Origin: Candidatus Thorarchaeota archaeon
GTDB lineage: Archaea > Asgardarchaeota > Thorarchaeia > Thorarchaeales > Thorarchaeaceae
Assembly (NCBI GenBank): GCA_016839605.1
Contig: JAEOTX010000140.1
Coordinates: 1 to 48,373, forward strand
Reading direction: 5' to 3'
DNA length: 48,373 nucleotides
Positions 1-6,756 of the stretch are shown in pieces (position 1 is the stretch's first letter; each line of letters begins with the position of its first letter). The notes under the pieces were generated by a model. It was not told where the DNA came from. It did no database searches and saw nothing but the letters and a program-made list of their open reading frames with translations. A program made the position numbers and the translations under genes.

Positions 1-99
1 TTATTCGTCGTCGTCCCAATCATCATCCCATTCGTCGTAGTCATCAGCCCAGATGTCGTCATCATCATCTTCTGGTCCAAAGCGATATCTAAAGTTCAT
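1..99 (-). CDS. 32-aa Trp-containing hyperacidic peptide (MNFRYRFGPEDDDDDIWADDYDEWDDDWDDDE)
   Basis: Manual translation: ATG at 99, TAA at 3-1. A canonical archaeal SD (GAGGTGA) lies ~5 nt upstream. Too short for the ORF track. Confidence 0.7.
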   Translation of the reverse strand: MNFRYRFGPEDDDDDIWADDYDEWDDDWDDDE

Positions 100-339
100 T
101 AGATTCACCTCACGATAATGCTAATCAAAAAAGGAGTAAAGAATGACTATCAAAAGTAAAGGTAGAAAGAAGCCTTGAAATCAAATTTAGAGAATTGTAA
201 ACGCTTCTTGCCATAATTTGGAGATTTTCAAGTTGATTTCTGAATGAAGGAGATTATTGACCTCGTAGACAAGGATATTAGCAAATATGGCGTGCGCGGT
301 GATGTGTCACTATTTGTCGTTTCGGAGAACTGATGTATT

Positions 340-1161
340 GTGAGCGATGCGGACGTATCTGATTCCACTGCAATTGATGTCACAATGAAGGGACTGTCGC
401 AGCTTGTTGTAATTCTAGGTGATGCCAAGATAGTAAAAAAAACAGCAAAGAAACTCGAATCTCATGGGAAAATGGTTAGAGTTGGAAGAGGTGCATTTCT
501 TATTCATGTCCAAACTCATATCGGGAAACCACCTTTGCTGGACTTGCCAATTATAGCTTTCAAAAAGGCACGCGAGATTCCAAGTGTCAGTGAACGTGGA
601 GAAGAAGCTGGCAGCAGGCGTGTTTATTCAGTCGTTTCTTATCGTTTCAGGAGTCCTACCTCTACACAGAAGAAGAGAGTAGAGCGACTAGTTCGAAGAT
701 CAAGCTCAATTCGATTACGACCCGGAGTCCTCCTATTTCCCGTTCTGAGATCAAAGGAAAGACGAAAATTACTAGAATCCGATGAAAAGTATGTGCTAAT
801 GGATTCCAAAAAACTGAGTGAAGAGCTTCGTGGTCTCGGAGCGGAGGTGTTCAGGTGGTCGCGGCTCAAAATAGATGGTCATCTGTTCGAAATACAAAAT
901 GCCGTTGCTCGTACGTTATCACATGATTTCACATCATTTGAAACGCTGGCTAAGGATTTACGCAATCAAGCCAAAGAGCCCGAGGCGCAATTCAAGACTC
1001 TAAGGAAGCGATATGCGATTCTTTCTAAGAGATATGGTGAACTGAAATTCAAATGGAGTCGTGCTAACAAGATTTGGAGTTATGATACAACGAAATTGCT
1101 TACACGTGGCTATAATATGTTGTTGAGTGTTAGACGTGTTATTGATTCATCCGCCTCCTAA
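340..1161 (+). CDS. Basic hypothetical protein with a ChrB-N/PaaX-like (Cas2-type ferredoxin fold) central domain and a helical C-terminus
   Basis: VYSVVSYRF..S.QKKRVERLVRR..SIRLRPGVLLFP...EELRGLGAEV resembles the ChrB N-terminal/PaaX pattern; by-eye only. Confidence 0.45.
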   Translation: MSDADVSDSTAIDVTMKGLSQLVVILGDAKIVKKTAKKLESHGKMVRVGRGAFLIHVQTHIGKPPLLDLPIIAFKKAREIPSVSERGEEAGSRRVYSVVSYRFRSPTSTQKKRVERLVRRSSSIRLRPGVLLFPVLRSKERRKLLESDEKYVLMDSKKLSEELRGLGAEVFRWSRLKIDGHLFEIQNAVARTLSHDFTSFETLAKDLRNQAKEPEAQFKTLRKRYAILSKRYGELKFKWSRANKIWSYDTTKLLTRGYNMLLSVRRVIDSSAS

Positions 1162-1194
1162 GGTAGAGAGAAGTGTAGGCGGCGGTGAGATAGA
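1160..1194 (+). repeat. Intergenic repeat block A, copy 1
   Basis: AAGGTAGAGAGAAGT-GTAGG-CGGCGGTGAGATAGA; both 15-bp arms are identical to 11786-11820. Confidence 0.85.
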
Positions 1195-1210
1195 GTATTG
1201 GGGGATTACC

Positions 1211-1250
1211 CATTGCTGAGCGCCCTTTCATTTCGCAGTTGTTGGGGCGC
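1211..1250 (+). repeat. Intergenic repeat block B, copy 1, with hairpin
   Basis: CATTGCTGAGCGCCCTTTCATTTCGCAG; GCGCCC (1220-1225) pairs with GGGCGC (1245-1250). Confidence 0.85.
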
Positions 1251-1388
1251 CTGTGATTAATTAGTCCGGGGCAGGTCCGAAACCAAGGCATGACTGGCCA
1301 CCATCAAAGTGTTTGCTTACAGGATTAGCCTAAAAGGTAGTGCATACATCATTCTTGCGAGCTAGTTAACCTCAGCGGGTTGCAAATA

Positions 1389-1952
1389 ATGTCTAAGATA
1401 GAGATTAGTCCCGAGATTGCTCCATTTCCGAAGCCCATTGCCCTTGTGGGTTCGATGGTAGGCGGTCGTCCCAACTTCATTACTGTTGCTTGGTTCAATC
1501 GCCTCAACCGTAGCCCAAACATCTGGGGCGTTGCCATAAGCAAGAAGAAGTACACCCTTGAGGGTATCAAACAGCATGGCAGCTTCAGCGTAAACCTCCC
1601 CAGTGCAGACTTAGTCGAGAAGACCGACTACTGCGGACTTTACTCTGGAAGAAATGTCGACAAGTCAGTACTCTTCAACATTTTCTATGGCAAACTTGAA
1701 AATGCTCCCATGATTCGAGAGTGTCCTTTCTGTGTGGAGTGTTCGGTCTATGATTTCATCAAGCTGCCCGCAAGCATACTCGTTCTTGGAGAAGTCCAGC
1801 ATGCGTATGCCGAGGAACGCTGCATGACCGATGATGACCTTGACCCAAAGAAGATCAATCCCTTTGTCTTCACTAAACCTGGTGACAAGTATTGGGCGCT
1901 TGGCGAAGCTATTGGTGATGCATGGTCTGTAGGGAAGCACCTTGCGGAGTGA
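1389..1952 (+). CDS. Flavin reductase-like (flavoredoxin) FMN-binding protein
   Basis: P.PIALVGS..GRPNF, TLEGI...GSFSVNLP, DYCGLYSGRNVDKS, APMIRECPFCVEC; start set to ATG 1389. Confidence 0.9.
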   Translation: MSKIEISPEIAPFPKPIALVGSMVGGRPNFITVAWFNRLNRSPNIWGVAISKKKYTLEGIKQHGSFSVNLPSADLVEKTDYCGLYSGRNVDKSVLFNIFYGKLENAPMIRECPFCVECSVYDFIKLPASILVLGEVQHAYAEERCMTDDDLDPKKINPFVFTKPGDKYWALGEAIGDAWSVGKHLAE

Positions 1953-1981
1953 GTTTCTGGTCTGTACAGATACATCAGCGC

Positions 1982-2010
1982 AGAGAGATGTGTAGGCAGT
2001 GGGGGTAGAG
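1982..2010 (+). repeat. Repeat block A, degenerate copy
   Basis: AGAGAGATGTGTAGGCAGTGGGGGTAGAG aligns to 1165-1195. Confidence 0.65.
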
Positions 2011-2064
2011 GCGTGTAGGAACCAGGTTCTCCAGCACTAGATTGGCACTTGCCCTGGCTCATGC

Positions 2065-2093
2065 TGCTGAGCACCCTTTCTCTTTTGCTTCAG
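2065..2093 (+). repeat. Repeat block B, copy 2
   Basis: TGCTGAGCACCCTTTC...; CTGAGCA (2067-2073) pairs with TGCTTCAG (2086-2093) with a 1-nt bulge. Confidence 0.85.
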
Positions 2094-2173
2094 TTTCTCA
2101 AACTAGCAAAATTTGGTATTGAATTGAGATACGGTTATTTTCATGAACGCCATTAAGACAATAGGTCAATGAT

Positions 2174-2752
2174 ATGGGTTCCACTCTCCCACCTATCTTA
2201 TTCACAGATCGCCTCGTTATCCGTTCATATTGTTTAGGTGACGAGAGCTGGTACTATAAAATGAGTCAGAGAAACCGTGCACACTTAGAGAGATATGAAC
2301 CAGAAAATCCAGCAATGGCTATCAAGACTGAAGAAGATGCGAAGAAGATGATAACTGATTTTGTAAACGAGTGGAAGAAGGGTAGTCATCACTTCATGGG
2401 AGTATTCCTCAAAGAGTCCGAGCAGTTTGTCGCTCAGCTCTACGTTGGTCTTGTAAATCGAGAGGTGCATGAGTATGGAATTGGTTATTTCTCAGATGTG
2501 GAACATGAAGGCAAAGGATACGTGACAGAGGCTGTCAATACAGTAGTTAAGATGCTCTTTGAGAGTCTTAAAGCTCACAGGATTCGTATTGAAACTGATG
2601 ATACTAATCTAAGAAGCATAAATGTTGCAGAAAGATGCGGTCTTGTAAGGGAGGGCCACATTCGAGAGAATAAGAAGAACCCTGACGGCACCTACTCTGG
2701 CACTTTGTACTTTGGACTGTTGAGAAGTGAGTTTCTATTTAGTAGATCATAG
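2174..2752 (+). CDS. GNAT N-acetyltransferase, RimJ/RimL family
   Basis: TDRLVIR, YGIGYF....GKGYVTEAV, N.RS..VAERCG..REG..R motifs. Confidence 0.9.
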   Translation: MGSTLPPILFTDRLVIRSYCLGDESWYYKMSQRNRAHLERYEPENPAMAIKTEEDAKKMITDFVNEWKKGSHHFMGVFLKESEQFVAQLYVGLVNREVHEYGIGYFSDVEHEGKGYVTEAVNTVVKMLFESLKAHRIRIETDDTNLRSINVAERCGLVREGHIRENKKNPDGTYSGTLYFGLLRSEFLFSRS

Positions 2753-2778
2753 AATGTAAAACAACTCTCCCCTTCCTC

Positions 2779-2803
2779 TGTTGAGCACCCTATCATTTTT
2801 CAG
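2779..2803 (+). repeat. Repeat block B, copy 3
   Basis: TGTTGAGCACCCTATCATTTTTCAG vs TGCTGAGCGCCCTTTCATTTCGCAG (copy 1). Confidence 0.8.
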
Positions 2804-2875
2804 AATCCTCTAAAAGCATAGCTAAGATTTCCATTCAAGCTTCTGATTCAATAAACCAAACGCTAGTCCGATGGG

Positions 2876-4066
2876 CTATTTTACTTTCCTAGCAAACTCT
2901 CTTCCATACTCGTAGGCCTTCGTAAGTTCATCATCAGTGGGCACCCACTTTAGCACAAAGGGTTCCAAGACTATATCCATCTTGCCGCGCTCCATCGACT
3001 CCTGAATACGCTTCACTGATCCCCCTCCCCATCCATATGAACCAAATGCAGCACATTTCTTGCCAACTGGCTTTAGCACTTCTAAGTCCGAGAGGATTGG
3101 TGCTACAGTGGGAAGAATGTCGTTATGCAGCGTAGGACATCCCACCAAAATCCCTCTGGCTTCCAAAAGGTCTGCCATGATGTCACTCCGATCACTATGT
3201 GGAATTAGATGCAGCAATGGTGTTAGTCCTTCATCGTTCACTCCTGAGGCAATGGCCCTCGCAATCTTTGTAGTGCTCTGCCACATTGTGTCCCAGGTGA
3301 TTACAACTTTGCTGTTGATGCGTTCTCCCTTGGCCCATTCGAGATATCTGGTCACAATCTGGAGGGGGTCCTTGCGCCAAATCAGCCCATGGGAGGGTGC
3401 AATTGTCTTGATTGGTAGACCTAGCTCGACAACTTCCTCAATCTTTCTCTGCACCATGCGACTCAGTGGCCATAGAATATTCGCATAATACTTCTCTGCT
3501 TCCCGCCATAGAACGTTCTGATCCACCTCATCAGAAAACCGCTTTTCTGTTGCATAGTGTTGTCCGAATGCATCATTGGGCAATAGCATCTCTTCTTCAA
3601 CATAGTATGTAAACATGCTTTCCGGCCAATGGAGCATGGGGGCCTCATAAAACCGTAAGGTCTTTCCTCCAAGATCTACTTCTTCTCCAGTCTTGACAGT
3701 TTGTATATTCCATCCATCTGGATAGTGTTTCTTGAGAACATCAGTAGCTCTGGCAGTGCATACAAGAGTTGCATTCTTGACTCGATCAAGCACCTCAGGA
3801 ACTGCACCTGAGTGGTCCATCTCTGCATGGTTTGATATCACATATTGAATCTCGTCAGTACTGACAACACTTGATATACGCCTGAACATCTCATCTGAGA
3901 ATGGTCCATAGACCGCATCAATGAGTGCTGTCTTCTCGCCTGTGATTAAATATGCGTTATAGGTTGTCCCGTGATGGGTTGTATAGCTATAGCCATGGAA
4001 GTTGCGGACATCATAGTCAATACCGCCGACCCAATAAACATCCTTGATAATCTCGACCGCCTTCAT
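2876..4066 (-). CDS. fprA: Flavodiiron protein (A-type flavoprotein; O2/NO reductase)
   Basis: GTTYNAYLI, NHAEMDH, HWPESM, DAFGQH, APSHG, plus a flavodoxin domain (AFGSYGWGG). Confidence 0.95.
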   Translation of the reverse strand: MKAVEIIKDVYWVGGIDYDVRNFHGYSYTTHHGTTYNAYLITGEKTALIDAVYGPFSDEMFRRISSVVSTDEIQYVISNHAEMDHSGAVPEVLDRVKNATLVCTARATDVLKKHYPDGWNIQTVKTGEEVDLGGKTLRFYEAPMLHWPESMFTYYVEEEMLLPNDAFGQHYATEKRFSDEVDQNVLWREAEKYYANILWPLSRMVQRKIEEVVELGLPIKTIAPSHGLIWRKDPLQIVTRYLEWAKGERINSKVVITWDTMWQSTTKIARAIASGVNDEGLTPLLHLIPHSDRSDIMADLLEARGILVGCPTLHNDILPTVAPILSDLEVLKPVGKKCAAFGSYGWGGGSVKRIQESMERGKMDIVLEPFVLKWVPTDDELTKAYEYGREFARKVK

Positions 4067-4130
4067 AATACACACATCCTATCTCACTCCACACTGAGAT
4101 TAAAATATTGACTCGGAAATGCTGTCCTCA

Positions 4131-4193
4131 CATTGCTGAGCACCCTGTTATTTTGCATTATTTCGTTCTGAAATTGAATTTAGGGTGCTTCAG
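4131..4193 (+). repeat. Repeat block B, copy 4, with long bulged hairpin
   Basis: CATTGCTGAGCACCCTGTTATTTTGCAT; CTGAGCACCCT (4136-4146) pairs with AGGGTGCTTCAG (4182-4193) with a 1-nt bulge. Confidence 0.9.
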
Positions 4194-4200
4194 TCATCAA

Positions 4201-4431
4201 TCAGATTGCAATACAGGTCTCTGTTCTGGTGATTCCCTCTATCTTATGGATGCTTTCTAAAAACTGCTTCAACTCATTTACTGAGTTCAGTTCTGCATAT
4301 ACAATTGCATCAAATGTTCCCACCACAACTTGTACAGTCTTAACGCCCTCGATCTTTTCAATTTCTTGGCAGATGTCCCATATCCCAGTTCCAACAGCCT
4401 GTATCAGGACACTCATTCTCAGATTGCTCAT
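4201..4431 (-). CDS. Stand-alone Lrp/AsnC ligand-binding (RAM) domain protein
   Basis: 76 aa; IEGV..V.VV.G.FDAI....IHKIEGITRTETCI; SD GGAGGT upstream. Confidence 0.9.
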   Translation of the reverse strand: MSNLRMSVLIQAVGTGIWDICQEIEKIEGVKTVQVVVGTFDAIVYAELNSVNELKQFLESIHKIEGITRTETCIAI

Positions 4432-4477
4432 AGATTACCTCCTTTCGTGCATATGCCAAAAATACACGGGATCACAT

Positions 4478-4497
4478 TTATGAATTCTTATTCATAA
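4478..4497. promoter_or_regulatory. 20-bp palindromic operator-like site
   Basis: TTATGAAT-TCTT-ATTCATAA; same ATGAAT-N4-ATTCAT core as 6431 and 12792, and a near match at 16177. Confidence 0.65.
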
Positions 4498-4520
4498 TAA
4501 GATTGAGAGTGCTCATCTTA

Positions 4521-4548
4521 CATTGCTGAGCACCCAGTCCTTTTACAT
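4521..4548 (+). repeat. Repeat block B, copy 5
   Basis: CATTGCTGAGCACCCAGTCCTTTTACAT; first 15 bp identical to 4131. Confidence 0.9.
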
Positions 4549-4581
4549 TGAATCAAGCATATTGTTGTCATAACGAAGTTA

Positions 4582-5352
4582 CTACTCTCGTTTCTTGATA
4601 CTCTCATGAAACTTGAAACTCAGATACAAGAACAACAGACTTGTGACAACAAGGGCGATGATACTTGCTTCTAATGGAATATTGAAGGATTCGACACCTA
4701 ATCCTCTGCGAACTAAAACCAAGGTGTGTGTTAATGGTGATAGGCATGCAACGACCTGACCTATGAGTGGCAGTTCCCCAATCGGAATGAAGACCCCGCT
4801 AATGAACAAGAGTGGAATCCTGACAAAGTTAAGAGGCATCATAATGTTGCCCACCGATTCAGTGGGGACTGAAGCGAACATGATTCCCATGGCTGCAAAC
4901 GCAAAACATGAGAGAATGATGCCAAGAGCTAGTGCAATGACATTCATGACTCCGGCTTGAAAAATAAAGATGCCAATTAGGAGTGGGGCGATGGACACTA
5001 GGAGACCAAAGAAGATTCCAGCCAGTGTCTTTCCTAGGAGCACAGAGAAGAGAGACATTGGTGCGGACAGGTAGCGATCAAATGTCTTTGTCCTTCTTTC
5101 AAGGGGGATGACAACTGGACCGACGGTTGATGAAGCCCAAAAGACGGTCTGTGAGAGTAGAATTGGGAGCGACTGCAAGGAACTTAGGTTTCTTCCAACC
5201 GTGAAGGTGAAAAAGAGAGCGATTGGGAATAGGACTCCAAACATCAGCGATGGTGGAGTTAGATAATATGTTCTCATGTCTTTCCATGCTATTGCCCAAG
5301 CTCGAGCGGATTCCTTCCTCAGTCTGTCTAATCTTACTCCCTGTTGCATCAA
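4582..5352 (-). CDS. ABC-2 type exporter permease
   Basis: ~6 TM segments, ERRTKTFDRYLSAPMS, FISGVFIP, SPLT motifs. Confidence 0.9.
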   Translation of the reverse strand: MMQQGVRLDRLRKESARAWAIAWKDMRTYYLTPPSLMFGVLFPIALFFTFTVGRNLSSLQSLPILLSQTVFWASSTVGPVVIPLERRTKTFDRYLSAPMSLFSVLLGKTLAGIFFGLLVSIAPLLIGIFIFQAGVMNVIALALGIILSCFAFAAMGIMFASVPTESVGNIMMPLNFVRIPLLFISGVFIPIGELPLIGQVVACLSPLTHTLVLVRRGLGVESFNIPLEASIIALVVTSLLFLYLSFKFHESIKKRE

Positions 5353-6353
5353 TGATCGGACCTCCTTGGTCCAACTGGACCCCGTCTTCCAGACATTTTT
5401 CCCAAGCCCTTTGGCCTTTCAACAATCTCCTCGCCAGTCATCTCGAGGAACACGTCCTCCAGACTTGGACTGAGAGTATTGACGCTGAGGAGTCGTATAT
5501 TGTTTCTCTCCGAAAATTGAAAGATTCCAGCAAGCACCTCAGGCGGACTGAGCGTCAGTAGTCGAAGCTTGTTGCCTCGTTTCTGAACTCCTCGAACTCC
5601 ATGTAGCTCTTCCATTTCTTTTACTAGATGTGAGCTGCTACTGTCAAACACAACCTCAACAGAGTGAACCCGATCCATTGCCTGCTTCAATCTTTCAGGA
5701 GTGTCAATGGTGGCAATTCTCCCCTGACTAATGATTGCCACCCGATTGCAAAGCTCGCTTGCTTCAGTCATGTTATGAGTAGTCAGAAAGATTGTAGTAC
5801 CGCTCGAATTCAATTTCATGATCAACTCATGAATCACCCTCACGCTTTGAACATCTAGTGCGGTCGTTGGTTCATCAAGAAAGAGCACACTCGCATCGTT
5901 CACAAGAGCCATTGCAATAGTCAGCCGCCGTCTCATCCCTCCTGAAAAGCCCTTCACGCTCTCATGACGGACATCATAAAGACCGAACATCTCAAGGAGC
6001 TCTCTTGCCTTATCTAGACGTTTTTCTTTGGGAAGCCCATAGAGTTTTCCCGTGAAGATTAGATTCTCTTGTGCGGACAGGTCAAGATACACATTTGAGA
6101 TGTCTGTCACTACTCCCATCTGCTCCTTTGCGTCAAAGGCTTGCTTTTGAATGTCGAAGCCCATAATCTGAGCTGAACCTTCTGTGGGTGTCGATATACA
6201 TGTCAACATCCTAGTCGTGGTAGTCTTCCCAGCACCATTCGGACCAAGAAAACCAAAGATCTCCCCTTGTGACACGGAGAAATTGATATGATTGACCGCA
6301 AGCAGTTCCCCGTAGGCTTTTGTCAGATTCCTTACTTCTATTGCAGATACCAA
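5349..6353 (-). CDS. ABC exporter ATP-binding subunit (DrrA-like)
   Basis: Walker A GPNGAGKTT, signature FSGGM, Walker B LFLDEPT, H-loop TTH. Confidence 0.95.
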   Translation of the reverse strand: MVSAIEVRNLTKAYGELLAVNHINFSVSQGEIFGFLGPNGAGKTTTTRMLTCISTPTEGSAQIMGFDIQKQAFDAKEQMGVVTDISNVYLDLSAQENLIFTGKLYGLPKEKRLDKARELLEMFGLYDVRHESVKGFSGGMRRRLTIAMALVNDASVLFLDEPTTALDVQSVRVIHELIMKLNSSGTTIFLTTHNMTEASELCNRVAIISQGRIATIDTPERLKQAMDRVHSVEVVFDSSSSHLVKEMEELHGVRGVQKRGNKLRLLTLSPPEVLAGIFQFSERNNIRLLSVNTLSPSLEDVFLEMTGEEIVERPKGLGKMSGRRGPVGPRRSDH

Positions 6354-6430
6354 TCAACGCATCTCCTGAGATATCTCAATCCCGCAGAATCCAATGATGA
6401 ATGATTCGTCGAGTTGATGAACACACAAAA

Positions 6431-6450
6431 TAATGAATCAAGATTCATTA
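6431..6450. promoter_or_regulatory. Perfect 9-2-9 palindrome, operator-like
   Basis: TAATGAATC-AA-GATTCATTA in the divergent intergenic region; arms identical to 12792-12811. Confidence 0.75.
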
Positions 6451-6756
6451 AAAAGAAGCCGGTCTGATAAACGCTTCATAATTTCAAAGCAGTGTCATCA
6501 TTCAGAGCACAGGTTTAGCACCAAAGATACATCTTGGAAGTACCAATTAATCATTAGAACAATCAGTTTTCGAAAAATTGAACTTCTTGACGAAAACAAA
6601 TTAATGAAATTCGTGCCGAATCTACATATATGCTAATTATTCATATTCGGGTTGGAATCCGATTGGATTTCCCATAATGCGGGGAGTACCAGAATACGTC
6701 ACCACCACAATCCAATATGGATAATCCCTCAGCATAGATGCTATGAGGCGGTCCGA

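Noticed and set aside
159-240. Partial block A (AAGGTAGAAAGAAG) and a GAAGC..TAAACGCTTC hairpin resembling 6455-6477
   Set aside because: Short, purine-rich and lacking the second arm; could be chance.
1139-1226. Block B minus strand (AGGGTG-N7-ATG) as an SD plus start of a small ORF family
   Set aside because: At 4131 and 4521 the ATG is immediately followed by a stop codon, and other copies lack the ATG.
1264-1300. FMN riboswitch upstream of the flavin reductase (CGGGGCAGG)
   Set aside because: Only ~9 nt match; the remaining conserved RFN segments are absent.
1211-4548. CRISPR array interpretation of the block B repeats
   Set aside because: Spacing is 0.4-1.35 kb with whole genes between copies, the copies are degenerate, and there are no cas genes.
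1160-4548. Canonical integron attC or Xer dif sites
   Set aside because: No paired RYYYAAC/GTTRRRY boxes, no 11-6-11 dif symmetry and no integrase in the window; kept only as an analogy.
6394-6436. C/D box sRNA (ATGATGA...TGATGA)
   Set aside because: No CTGA D/D' boxes at the proper guide spacing, and it overlaps the operator palindrome.
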